64,000 bases of DNA from a virus (lineage: Duplodnaviria; Caudoviricetes), in the IMG/VR virus record IMGVR_UViG_3300008255_000118, positions 24,333-88,332 of that record; one strand, written 5' to 3'. Made by a program: the position numbers and the translations under genes. Shown here in pieces: positions 50,390 to 59,739 of the stretch. How positions within the stretch are numbered: position 1 is the first letter of the stretch; every line of letters starts with the position of its first letter. The notes below the pieces were generated by a model. It was not told where the DNA came from and did no database searches. It worked only from the letters and a program-made list of their open reading frames with translations.

Positions 50390-50593
50390 CTACCTTGGGA
50401 TCTTTTCCAATAATCTATTTTGTAGTCTAAGAGCTGATATCTCTAACTCTTTCTTTGATATTTTAACTTTATACTCTGATACAATCTCACCAGCCTGTAT
50501 AATCTGATTCTCTCTTAGAATCAGTTTCTTCTCTAATTTCACAATCTTGTCTTTGAGTCCTCTTCTACCCAAAAACCAATCTAATCTACTCAT
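50390..50593 (-). CDS. Small coiled-coil hypothetical protein
   Basis: 67-aa ORF. Confidence 0.5.
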   Translation of the reverse strand: MSRLDWFLGRRGLKDKIVKLEKKLILRENQIIQAGEIVSEYKVKISKKELEISALRLQNRLLEKIPR

Positions 50594-51561
50594 ACTTCTG
50601 TTGTTTTATCATTAACAGTAACTCTTACCTTACTATGTCTTTCTACTTTTGGTCTATTTAGTTCTTTGAGTTTCTCCCAATTCTTAATAAACATTGTACC
50701 ATCCCATTCCCAAATCCCCTGAAATCTATCCTGTATAGTAAATCCCTTAGGGACCCTTTCTATTGTACAACGGCACCACGGGTGAATTGGTCCAATTACA
50801 GGTCTCCATTCAGCTACCTTGAAACCTATATTAGTACCATTAGCCTTCAACTGGGCTACAGTAAAGATAATAGGTTCTGAGGATACTCCTCCTGTTAGAA
50901 ACAGTCTTTGACAATGTTGGCAAGCTCCTTGGTACACATCCTTGTATACTAAAGCATCATCTCCCTCCTCTTTCTGTATCTGTGCTATTCTACCTTCATC
51001 AAATGCTGTGTGTAAAACAAAATCACCTATTCTGCCTAAATCTCTCTCCCAGTCACCCGTCTTCTTACCTAGAATAGATACAACTTCTGACAAATACTTT
51101 CTATCCTCTATTGCTTTCTTAGCAGCATCTGTTACTAGTTTTGTATGTTGAACTGTATGTCTTTTCTTGTCGGCAACTACAAAAGTATCTGTTACCTGAG
51201 ATTTGATACTCTGTCCCAGCTTCTTAACATCTTGATAAGTTTGAAACTGAAGACTCTGTAATGCACTTCTCTCTAAAGAGGTTAATGGAGCAAACTTAGC
51301 TATACTACTCTTTAGTTGAGGGTAAGTTAAGTTCTTTAGTGCACTATCCTGTAATATCTGAGATAGCATCCCGAATCTATATGCTTCTGTTATTTTAGAT
51401 GAAGAGCTCTCTATCTTAGAGATATCTACACCACTAATCTGTAGTATAGCTCTATCTTGTTCTGATAATACTGTAGTGCCTACATTATGTGCCACAAAAA
51501 GAATAGTATAGTTGTCCACTATAGCTAATAGTTCATTAAGTTGTTGTGGACTTAAGATCAT
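50590..51561 (-). CDS. MuF-like minor head morphogenesis protein
   Basis: AC.HC..L ... GPIHPWCRC. Confidence 0.8.
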   Translation of the reverse strand: MILSPQQLNELLAIVDNYTILFVAHNVGTTVLSEQDRAILQISGVDISKIESSSSKITEAYRFGMLSQILQDSALKNLTYPQLKSSIAKFAPLTSLERSALQSLQFQTYQDVKKLGQSIKSQVTDTFVVADKKRHTVQHTKLVTDAAKKAIEDRKYLSEVVSILGKKTGDWERDLGRIGDFVLHTAFDEGRIAQIQKEEGDDALVYKDVYQGACQHCQRLFLTGGVSSEPIIFTVAQLKANGTNIGFKVAEWRPVIGPIHPWCRCTIERVPKGFTIQDRFQGIWEWDGTMFIKNWEKLKELNRPKVERHSKVRVTVNDKTTEV

Positions 51562-51563
51562 TA

Positions 51564-51773
51564 TTATAGATCTTTATTCAATATATCATCTAACTCTTCT
51601 TCTTGTCTCTCCTTAGAACCTGTTTTAAGAGTATCTATCAATTCTTTATGTTCATCTATGAACTCTTCTTTAGACATCTTTACTTCTTTCCCTTTGTTCA
51701 AGTCTACTCCAAATCCGTTTAGAATAGATTTATTTCTGTTTAGAATAGATTTATTTCTGTTTATCAATGACAT
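51564..51773 (-). CDS. Putative internal head protein (leader + LNKG)
   Basis: N-terminal ..ILNGFGVDLNKG shared with neighbours. Confidence 0.6.
   Translation of the reverse strand: MSLINRNKSILNRNKSILNGFGVDLNKGKEVKMSKEEFIDEHKELIDTLKTGSKERQEEELDDILNKDL
51717..51763. repeat. 21-bp tandem duplication encoding NRNKSIL x2 in the leader
   Basis: GTTTAGAATAGATTTATTTCT repeated twice plus a partial copy. Confidence 0.9.
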
Positions 51774-51921
51774 TCTGTAGATTTTCTTTAATTCCTTTGA
51801 TTATTAATTTGCCCACTAGAGAAAAGTTCCTGTGAAATTCTCCTTCATACTGTAGTATGACTGGGTACCTCACAGGGTCTTTATGTCCAGGTATTTTAGC
51901 ATTTACTGTTTTCTTAGCCAT
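51751..51921 (-). CDS. Small 56-aa protein (MAKKTVNAKIPGHKDPVRYP...), absent from ORF track
   Basis: Manual translation; overlaps both neighbours as expected for coupled genes. Confidence 0.5.
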   Translation of the reverse strand: MAKKTVNAKIPGHKDPVRYPVILQYEGEFHRNFSLVGKLIIKGIKENLQNVIDKQK

Positions 51922-52505
51922 TCTTTTTCTGTTTTCTTTTCGGCTGGCTTCTTACCAAGGTCCCTAAACTCTACTTTCTCCTCTTTCACTGGAGCATGTG
52001 CTGTGGCTACTAACTTATTCACAATCTCTTGTGGTACCACTGCCTGGGCTTCAGGTGTTAACCCTCGGTATATCTCATAAGCCTTAGCTGGGTCAGTTTG
52101 TAACACTGTTTTAATGTATGTAAGCTGGGCAATCTCATGTCCACCTACTTGAGGCTGTTGGTTAGGCTGGCCTGTAGCAGCACCTGGCTTAGCACCTAGC
52201 TGTCCTGCTGGTTTGTCTTCTGGAACAGCTGGTTTAGCTACTGCTGGTGTACTAGCTACTGGAGAAGATGTTCTACTGGCTGATTCAGATTTCTTAGTTA
52301 CTGGAGCTGTTTTCTTTTCAGGTGTAGCTTTCTCTCTACCACTACCTACTGGAACCCAACCTTGAGGTGTTTTCTTTACTTTCACTCCACCATGGACTCT
52401 TTCTTCACCCATGGCTGCTGGTCTACCTTTTTCTAACCCGAAGCCTCCAAGTAGAGAGTTAGTTTTCTCTAATCGGTTTCGTTCCATTGCTTTCTTAATA
52501 TCCAT
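51903..52505 (-). CDS. Putative internal head protein (leader, LEKG, G..W module, Pro/Ala-rich linker)
   Basis: FGLEKG-RPAAMGEERVHGGVKVKKTPQGW. Confidence 0.65.
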   Translation of the reverse strand: MDIKKAMERNRLEKTNSLLGGFGLEKGRPAAMGEERVHGGVKVKKTPQGWVPVGSGREKATPEKKTAPVTKKSESASRTSSPVASTPAVAKPAVPEDKPAGQLGAKPGAATGQPNQQPQVGGHEIAQLTYIKTVLQTDPAKAYEIYRGLTPEAQAVVPQEIVNKLVATAHAPVKEEKVEFRDLGKKPAEKKTEKEWLRKQ

Positions 52506-52563
52506 GATATTATATTTTACTTTGTTTTTCTAGTATTACTTCTCTGATACTTATCTTATTTTG

Positions 52564-53295
52564 CTAATTATTCTTACTGTAGTGATCTTTTTCTTTATCA
52601 AACTTCCCTTCTCTCTGCATCTCTGATAGTACTGTCTGGGTAGCTCTTTCAGAGTCTTTAGTTGTATGGGTCTTTACTCCCATTCTTGTCAACTCCTTGT
52701 TTACCCTTTTGGTTCCCTTAAGTACATCTATGGCTTGGGATAAGCTTGTTGCTGGTTTTCCAAGTTTTTTATAAGCCCTTCTTAACATCTCCTGTTCGGC
52801 TTGGTACTGCATTGGTGTCCCAACCTGTGTAATAGAGTGATGTATCACTTCATCAATTGGAGTTTCTACAAACCTATTATCATTAGTATCTTCACCTATT
52901 TCATGTGGCAGATATTTACTCCCTTCTGATGCTGACTTAGGTTCCACTACATCACCTGCAATTCTCATTGCAAAATTATGCTTACTTTCATCAGGCTTAG
53001 ACCATCTAGTTGATGATTTACTATCAGTATATGAATAGATTCCATCATCTCCTGTTTGCATCTCTTTTCTAATTACATCTATCTTCTCTTCAAGATCTTT
53101 ATGTGTATCACTAACGTCTCCTTCTGCTTTCTGAGTTCCCTTCTTCTGATAGACCCAGCCTTGTGTAGTCTTAACCTCACCATATTTATTGACTGTACCG
53201 ATTGGGACAGCCTTAGCTTTTTCTAGTTCAAAACCCTTAGAGATGTTTAGTCTCTCCTCTGATTGTTTTCTTAGTATTGCATCTCTGATATTCAT
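52564..53295 (-). CDS. Putative internal head protein (leader, LEKA, G..W module)
   Basis: FELEKA-KAVPIGTVNKYGEVKTTQGW. Confidence 0.65.
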   Translation of the reverse strand: MNIRDAILRKQSEERLNISKGFELEKAKAVPIGTVNKYGEVKTTQGWVYQKKGTQKAEGDVSDTHKDLEEKIDVIRKEMQTGDDGIYSYTDSKSSTRWSKPDESKHNFAMRIAGDVVEPKSASEGSKYLPHEIGEDTNDNRFVETPIDEVIHHSITQVGTPMQYQAEQEMLRRAYKKLGKPATSLSQAIDVLKGTKRVNKELTRMGVKTHTTKDSERATQTVLSEMQREGKFDKEKDHYSKNN

Positions 53296-53320
53296 GTCTC
53301 TTGTATTAGTATTGTCAAGA

Positions 53321-53345
53321 TAAAACTAAGTATAATTTTTATACT
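53321..53345. promoter_or_regulatory. AGTATA-N5-TATACT motif; 25-bp identity with 7408-7432
   Basis: Exact sequence match. Confidence 0.65.
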
Positions 53346-53366
53346 TACAAACTTTACTTTATAAAA

Positions 53367-55526
53367 CTATAAAGAACTAATGTATTCTCCTAGATTCTGG
53401 AGAGCTTTTTTTAGTTCATCGGATTCATAGATAGTCTTCATAGCCCTAAAGGCATTAACCCCCCTCTTAACTGCTGCTAGAGGAACAAAGTCTTCACCAT
53501 ATTGAATTCCCTTAACTTTCTGAACACCAGCAGACTCTCTTAAATTAGGCATAACTTCATCTTTCATCTGTGAATAGGCATAGCCCACTATTTCTGGTTT
53601 AGTATACCCTTTCTCAACTAGTGTCTTATATAGTTCTTGTGTTACTGATATAGTTGGTACAGCATGTCTATTTAACTTAGATTGTAGTACCCTATTCACA
53701 CCATCTACAATCAGCTTCCCACCATCTGTCTTAGTAATAGCTAGTACAGGTGGCATACTAGAGAAGTCTTGATCTTTTCTCCATCTAACTGTTTCTTTTT
53801 TCAAGTTGAATTGCTCTGAGGAAGCTACTTTAACATAGAATGGGTCTTCTGCTGTAAGTGTAATTCTAGACCCTCTATCAGAAACTGAAATATGATCTAC
53901 TTCTCGAGTTATACTCTCTAATCGTTCTGAAGTTAAGTTACTGTAGCTACCAACTACATCTCTAACAGTTCTATGGTCTGCCCTGAGTGTAGTAACAGAT
54001 ATAGTTTTGATAGGTAGTAGATTATCTTCACCTGTCTTTATTAAGTTATCTATCCCTTGTTTATTATTATGATAAAATGAAAAGTATTCAGCAAAGGCTT
54101 CTTCTGGAGATACACTGGCATAGTCAGTAATTAGAGGGATAGTATGATTTCTGCCTTGTCTTATTACTGCCTTTTCTTCTCCTGTAGCTTTCTCCTGCCC
54201 ATCTTTCATATTATCTTGCATCCAAGACCAACCTGTTTCTACAACAAACTTCTTATATGGTAAAGAGCCCTGTCTGCCTAGTTTCTGAGAAACTGAATGC
54301 CCTACCTCATGTACTAGTACAGCTTTAAATAGAGCCGAATCTGTCTTACTGGCATACAAACTACTCTTCTCTAATAGCTTATCACTTAAACTAATAGCTA
54401 GAGAGCTTGGGACATAATAAGCATATGCGCCTAGTCCTCTATTTGTATATTCATTATTCTTTAGTCTTTTTAAACTATCATTAGATAAAATATGTCCTCT
54501 TGGCAGTTCAAAAGAGATCTCTTCAAATATCTTTAGAGCGCCTAGAGTATCAGCCTTCCACTCTCCATCTAACTGAATATTAAGTCTGTCTTCAAATCTA
54601 AGTTCTAGTAAATCAAAGTAGTCTAAGCTTGAGTTCTCTTGTAGTTTGCCCATTAACTTAGTATAGAACTCCTCTGTTGGTGCATCTATAGTAGTACCAA
54701 ATATCTCTTTCTGCTCCTCTATTGAATCTAGCTTTATCTCTTCACGGAATTTAGTAAGATAGTCTCTATACTTATCTTTAGCATAACCCTTGAAAGACTC
54801 CTCCACAGCCCAATTGTCTCCAAAAAACTTATGAATAATCTCCAATGCATTATCATAAGACTGTTTCTTTACTTTCAACTTATCATACTCCAATGGCAAT
54901 CTATCAACTAGATTCTTGGCTGCTGTGTAAGCTACTTTTTCATCTCCCTCAAACTCTAGTCCTCTCTTTACATCCTGATAAACCTTCTTTACAACCTCTT
55001 TCAATTCGACAGCCTCCTGTATATCAAAAACTGGACCACTATAGTTATACCCAGACTTAACCTTCTCTTTGACAGTTTTTATCTCAGTAGAATCTAACAT
55101 GTAGTTATCATTATTTCTATTACTTCTTTGCTGTTTAAGTTCATCCCAAAGAGCATCATTTATCTTACTCTCTAAATCTAATCTGGGAGACATGGCTCTT
55201 CTATTAAACTCAGAAATAAAACTATATGATGTATTTCCATAAAATCCTCTGTATTGCTTAAAGTCCCCAGGATGGTAGGGACCTTCCTTTCCATCTTCTT
55301 TCTTGAATTCTCTAATCTCTCTGTCTAAGTACTTCTCACCATTTAGAGGGATGTCATAGTTGATAATTGCATTGGCTAGTGTATCACATTGTCTCCCTAT
55401 CTCAAATACCTGAGAGTTAGCAGGAAGAACTATCCAAGCCTCTTTCATAGGAGAGTTTTCATGAGCTTTGATTACGGGACCACTAGCCCAATGTCTTACT
55501 GTACCAACAGGTGCTTTCTTAGCCAT
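53367..55526 (-). CDS. Putative virion cargo: G..W module + HEXXH zinc metalloprotease + ParB/Srx-like domain
   Basis: APVGTVRHWASG; HEVGH with downstream DYA..SPEEAFAEYF; PPVL......LIVDGVNR. Confidence 0.7.
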   Translation of the reverse strand: MAKKAPVGTVRHWASGPVIKAHENSPMKEAWIVLPANSQVFEIGRQCDTLANAIINYDIPLNGEKYLDREIREFKKEDGKEGPYHPGDFKQYRGFYGNTSYSFISEFNRRAMSPRLDLESKINDALWDELKQQRSNRNNDNYMLDSTEIKTVKEKVKSGYNYSGPVFDIQEAVELKEVVKKVYQDVKRGLEFEGDEKVAYTAAKNLVDRLPLEYDKLKVKKQSYDNALEIIHKFFGDNWAVEESFKGYAKDKYRDYLTKFREEIKLDSIEEQKEIFGTTIDAPTEEFYTKLMGKLQENSSLDYFDLLELRFEDRLNIQLDGEWKADTLGALKIFEEISFELPRGHILSNDSLKRLKNNEYTNRGLGAYAYYVPSSLAISLSDKLLEKSSLYASKTDSALFKAVLVHEVGHSVSQKLGRQGSLPYKKFVVETGWSWMQDNMKDGQEKATGEEKAVIRQGRNHTIPLITDYASVSPEEAFAEYFSFYHNNKQGIDNLIKTGEDNLLPIKTISVTTLRADHRTVRDVVGSYSNLTSERLESITREVDHISVSDRGSRITLTAEDPFYVKVASSEQFNLKKETVRWRKDQDFSSMPPVLAITKTDGGKLIVDGVNRVLQSKLNRHAVPTISVTQELYKTLVEKGYTKPEIVGYAYSQMKDEVMPNLRESAGVQKVKGIQYGEDFVPLAAVKRGVNAFRAMKTIYESDELKKALQNLGEYISSL

Positions 55527-55689
55527 GTACTTCTTTTTTCTCTTCTACTCTTCTTTTTATTTCTTCCTCAATTTCAGTTACAAGTGAAGTATTTCTTGAA
55601 GCTGAAGATCTGATTAAACATTTGTGCATAGTATTTAACTCTTGAGTTGTTTTTCCAGTAATGCCGGAATTTACTATTAGTTCTTCCAT
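55519..55689 (-). CDS. Small 56-aa protein (MEELIVNSGITGKTTQEL...), absent from ORF track
   Basis: Manual translation; A-rich start context; stop overlaps next ATG. Confidence 0.6.
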   Translation of the reverse strand: MEELIVNSGITGKTTQELNTMHKCLIRSSASRNTSLVTEIEEEIKRRVEEKKEVHG

Positions 55690-55696
55690 TGTAATT

Positions 55697-58198
55697 TTAT
55701 TTAGTCCTTTGATTTAATGCACCTCTTATATCTTCTTGTCTTCTCTGAGTAGCTCTCTCCTCTAAAAGTCTCTTTTTGTGAAACTCTATAATCTGACTTT
55801 GCTTAACATTCATTAATGATCTGGCTGCAAAGTCTCTGTAGAATTCATTTTCATTATTTGCAAACTTGACACCACCTCTAACATGTAATAAGGCTAAGGC
55901 CCCTAGAGTACGACCATTTACTTGTGTTACTGGCATATGATCTTTATACTTCTTGATAAAGTTAATGGCTGCCTCTCTGTGTTCTATCGCAACCTCAAAT
56001 GGTTCACCATTTCTGTCTTCAAATGGTAGCTTGTTCTTAATTCTGTCTAACTTATCGATAGTCTCATCCATTGTTCTTGAAACGTCTAAGGCTAAGGCCC
56101 TTGATTCTAGCAATGGTGATGCCACTTGTTTTAGCTTCCTTTCTGATAGATTAGAAATGATAATCACTCCACCTGTAAACTTAAACCTAGTTGGTAGTCT
56201 ATCATCACCTTGTGAACTTTTAATAGGGCCCCCATCCCATACTACGTCCTCTAGAGTTGTATCTGTTGCTGCCTTAAGAATGTTCACTGAATCTTCATCT
56301 AACAATACTGAATCAGCATCATCAAACAAAATTACTTTCCCATTATGCTCATACAAGACTCTAAATAACTTACTAGGAGTTACCTTCCCTGTAAACTTAA
56401 TCAAGTCATATTGCTCTGATGTTGGGTTCAGTTCAGAATCATACTCTACCAACTTATTATCAAAAACTTCTCCTGTATCCCCATTTAATGTTTCTGGGTT
56501 TAGAAGGACTTGTTTCACCCCATAAGTGTTATGAGTAACAAGAAAATCATCTGTAATGTAAAGATGTTCTGGGTGATCAATAAGTATACATTTTGTCTCT
56601 TCTTCTCCAATATACTGTATATCAATAATGGAAAGAGAATCAATTGGGGGCTTTTTAGTCTCTTGTATTCTTTCAACCTTAAAAGGAAGAGATACTGGGA
56701 TGATATGTCCTGGGAGCATAAAAGTTACTTCCCAGAATAGTTTATTTGACCCATTTTTTACATTGTAGTCATTAGAGGCTACTTTAGCAAATCCCCCTCC
56801 CATACTACAAACTAGGTGGTGAAACTGTTTAGCAAGCTTCTCTGAGACTGAAGTAAAGGAACAAATACCCTCTTTATCAACAAACCCATCTGAATCCATT
56901 AGCCCTTGTATAAGTTCTAACTTTTCTTCAGAAGAACATCTAAAATACTCCTCTGGTATAAACTTTGTATCAGATTTTGTGCCATATAGCTTATAGTCAG
57001 AAATAGCTTTTGATAATAGTGTTCTGAATCTTCCATTTTTTGAAGATTTCAGACTAGTACTTGTAATAGAATAATCACACTGACTTCTATATACTATACT
57101 AGACTCTGTTCCTAGCCTTTGTTGTATCTTCTCTAGTATAAACTCTTTATCTCTGTCCCCTACACTAAAAGTAATCCCCTCTGTCCCTGACCAGCACCCA
57201 TCTCCAAGTAGAAACCCGATTAACCAAGGGTCTACTTTCACTTTACTTCTTCTCTTATGTTGAAATGGTTTCTCTAATAAGGGAATACCAAACATATACT
57301 CAACTCCATCTTTCTTCTTTAGCCCCCTTTTCTTAATCTCACTTAAAGGTAACACCTCCCAGGTATATGTATTTCTCTCTTTAACTTTCCAGAGATGCTC
57401 TTCATCACATCTTGATTTTCTGCCATCCTTAAAAGTAACTTCATAAACTGGTCTAATGCCTTGTGGATAGATTCTAAGAACCTTAGACTCTGTACCATAG
57501 GGAGTAATAACAGAATCGCCTACTTCAATATCTCCCATCAACTTAAATCCATAAGGAGTTAGAATAGGGGTAGTAAGAGTTGCTGCCTTCCCAACCCCAC
57601 CTGTACCATAAAACATTGCTAGTTTTCTCTCTTTCTTAGCTATCATATCAGTAAACTTGTCCTGTACTGTATCTACTGAATCTTTACCTGTAAGAGGGTT
57701 AATTTTGTCTAAATCAGAATCATCAAAGTCTAGACCATCGGCCTCTAAGAGCATTCTAATAGACTCTTCTATTGATTTATTATCTTCATCAGAAATAGGT
57801 AGTGTAGCTTCGATAGTCTCCTCAAAGGTAGCACCTGATAGTAGTGATAGGGCTCTTGGACTAGCTACTCCAGCTTGTTGTAGTTGTGTAAGTTTCTCAG
57901 AAGATGGGGCATCATTATTTGTAACTCTCATTATATGAAGTATCTTCTGTGCTGCCTGTTGTGGTGTTACATGCCAATGTAATGCTAGTATATCATCAAC
58001 CTCTCTTTTCCCTCCTTGTGTTCTAGAGGTGTCTTGATAGACCTTCCACTCTCCATTTGGCATCTTTACATTCTTGATACCATCCCATTCTCTAATTTCG
58101 CCTACCACAGCTCTTTTCCCTTTCTCAAGAGAATCTAAGAGATTCAATTGATGACTTAACTTGCTTTGCTGAATTAGTCCTCTTATACTATTGTCCAT
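55697..58198 (-). CDS. Putative virion cargo AAA-type ATPase with class-3 intein
   Basis: Leader + LEKG + G..W module; GTGGVGK|T Walker A; ILFDDADS Walker B; F.FTG.VIIISN; L.SRA. Confidence 0.8.
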   Translation of the reverse strand: MDNSIRGLIQQSKLSHQLNLLDSLEKGKRAVVGEIREWDGIKNVKMPNGEWKVYQDTSRTQGGKREVDDILALHWHVTPQQAAQKILHIMRVTNNDAPSSEKLTQLQQAGVASPRALSLLSGATFEETIEATLPISDEDNKSIEESIRMLLEADGLDFDDSDLDKINPLTGKDSVDTVQDKFTDMIAKKERKLAMFYGTGGVGKAATLTTPILTPYGFKLMGDIEVGDSVITPYGTESKVLRIYPQGIRPVYEVTFKDGRKSRCDEEHLWKVKERNTYTWEVLPLSEIKKRGLKKKDGVEYMFGIPLLEKPFQHKRRSKVKVDPWLIGFLLGDGCWSGTEGITFSVGDRDKEFILEKIQQRLGTESSIVYRSQCDYSITSTSLKSSKNGRFRTLLSKAISDYKLYGTKSDTKFIPEEYFRCSSEEKLELIQGLMDSDGFVDKEGICSFTSVSEKLAKQFHHLVCSMGGGFAKVASNDYNVKNGSNKLFWEVTFMLPGHIIPVSLPFKVERIQETKKPPIDSLSIIDIQYIGEEETKCILIDHPEHLYITDDFLVTHNTYGVKQVLLNPETLNGDTGEVFDNKLVEYDSELNPTSEQYDLIKFTGKVTPSKLFRVLYEHNGKVILFDDADSVLLDEDSVNILKAATDTTLEDVVWDGGPIKSSQGDDRLPTRFKFTGGVIIISNLSERKLKQVASPLLESRALALDVSRTMDETIDKLDRIKNKLPFEDRNGEPFEVAIEHREAAINFIKKYKDHMPVTQVNGRTLGALALLHVRGGVKFANNENEFYRDFAARSLMNVKQSQIIEFHKKRLLEERATQRRQEDIRGALNQRTK
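56528..57586 (-). mobile_element. 353-aa class-3 (Ala1, WCT) intein with LAGLIDADG endonuclease
   Basis: AATLTTPILTP start; EHLW (block B), TKCILID (block F Cys), VTHN/T; IGFLLGDG and IQGLMDSDG. Confidence 0.92.
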
Positions 58199-58199
58199 A

Positions 58200-58734
58200 T
58201 TAGAATATTTTTATATTGATTGTACCAGCATAGATGAGTTTACTATTGGCTAAACTAGCCTAAATCCCATACATCATTCTCTCCCTTACATATTGTAGAT
58301 CAGTTAGTACTTGTCTGTATTCAAACTGGCCATCTTTATTAACAATACTTAAATTGCTCCCCTATACCAGACATAAAATAGAGTCCGCTTTTACTCTTAG
58401 ACTTCTCTAGACTAAGAGACCTCTCATTTAATGTCTGTATCTGTTTATATGCATCTGTTAACTGCTGACTTAAAGATATAAATTTGTCTAATGATTCTCT
58501 CTTTCTGTAGAGACTTTTTCTCGCTTAACTGAAAAGACTTCTCTCTAACGACTTTGTTAAGTTTAGCGTTATTGAACTAATCTCAGCTTTCAATCTATCA
58601 ACCTGTTCTTGTAGAACTTCACTAGCTTGTCTCTTAAGGTCCTCTTTCTCTCTAGCATTGTAAATATACTGAACCACTAGTAATACTAGCAGAGACACTA
58701 TGATCCAGTGCCATATGGTGAGTCTTCTAAGCAT
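58200..58734 (-). pseudogene. Disrupted TM/coiled-coil/beta-strand protein (spanin-like candidate)
   Basis: Coding-like sequence continues past TAA at 58525 and a +1 shift in the G4 run (58359-62), through TAG at 58260, to TAA at 58200, one base before the next ATG. Confidence 0.6.
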
Positions 58735-59029
58735 TCTTTGATGGGATTAACATCTCTACTACTGAACAACCATTAACTTGTCTCAATCTATAAACTGAAC
58801 TATCTACACATTCTAGAAGATGTCCATCTCTAAGATCTAACGTCTCCTTCTTCTCTATCTTCTCTTTCACTACACTTATCTTTAGTAAACAATCTTGAAC
58901 TTCATACCCGTCTACTATTAGTTGTTTAGCTACAGGGTGGTCTGTCCCTCTATTGCCTACATATCTCCAGGTGCCATCTGGCATCTTGATTTCCTTTGAC
59001 CTATTAATAGTCCCAATTTTAATTGCCAT
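58727..59029 (-). CDS. Small protein with G..W module
   Basis: IKIGTINRSKEIKMPDGTW. Confidence 0.6.
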   Translation of the reverse strand: MAIKIGTINRSKEIKMPDGTWRYVGNRGTDHPVAKQLIVDGYEVQDCLLKISVVKEKIEKKETLDLRDGHLLECVDSSVYRLRQVNGCSVVEMLIPSKNA

Positions 59030-59047
59030 ATCTACGATTTTAAATTA

Positions 59048-59680
59048 TTAGTCTTCATACTCATCCTCATCATCCTCTTCAAACTTTGCATCTAGATAGT
59101 CATTAATTGCCTCTTCTCTGTCTGTTCCATCCCAGAACTCTGTTTCCCCTTCTTCTAAACCTAGATAGTCCTCTAAATCTTCTCCTCTTAACTCATCAAT
59201 TTGTTCAAATAACTCCTCTCTAGTAAATTTTTCTTCTGAATTCTCTACTACTTCATCAATAGGAACAAATGATGTTTTCAGGTGTTCCTTTATTTTCTTC
59301 TCAATAGCTTCTTTGAACTTCCCTATCTCCTCTGGGCTGGACATTTTCTCTAATTCAGCAAACTTAGAGGATATACTTTCAGGTAAATGTGTGGCACCTG
59401 TTTCTTTCCAGGCATCAAAATCACTATCATAGTTCTCCACTACATCATCTAGTATCTCATTCATTAATGGAATACCAATCTCTTTAAACTCCTTACTCTG
59501 AAAGTCTACTTTCTTCTTCTTCATTTGTTTATTAAGCCCTAAAGAATCATTTGTACCACCATACCTTTGTCCTACTCGGTTCAGTCTCCTGTTTTCTTCA
59601 TTATCTTTATAGGTTCCCTTTTCAAGATCAAATCCCTTTTGTAGAGATAATTTTCTATTCTTTCTGATATTTAAGTCCAT
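59048..59680 (-). CDS. Putative internal head protein (leader, LEKG, acidic)
   Basis: MDLNIRKNRKLSLQKGFDLEKG; YKDNEENRRLNRVGQ. Confidence 0.65.
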   Translation of the reverse strand: MDLNIRKNRKLSLQKGFDLEKGTYKDNEENRRLNRVGQRYGGTNDSLGLNKQMKKKKVDFQSKEFKEIGIPLMNEILDDVVENYDSDFDAWKETGATHLPESISSKFAELEKMSSPEEIGKFKEAIEKKIKEHLKTSFVPIDEVVENSEEKFTREELFEQIDELRGEDLEDYLGLEEGETEFWDGTDREEAINDYLDAKFEEDDEDEYED

Positions 59681-59714
59681 CTTAATAGTTTTTTAAAGTT
59701 TGAGTATAAAGGTA

Positions 59715-59731
59715 AGTATAAAATCTATACT
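59715..59731. promoter_or_regulatory. AGTATA-N5-TATACT motif
   Basis: AGTATA-AAATC-TATACT in 59-bp intergenic gap. Confidence 0.6.
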
Positions 59732-59739
59732 ATACAACT

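Noticed and set aside
12982-51763. Short tandem repeats as possible CRISPR arrays or diversity-generating elements
   Set aside because: All are in-frame coding duplications (9, 21 and 24 bp) with no spacers; no reverse transcriptase or template/variable repeat pair seen
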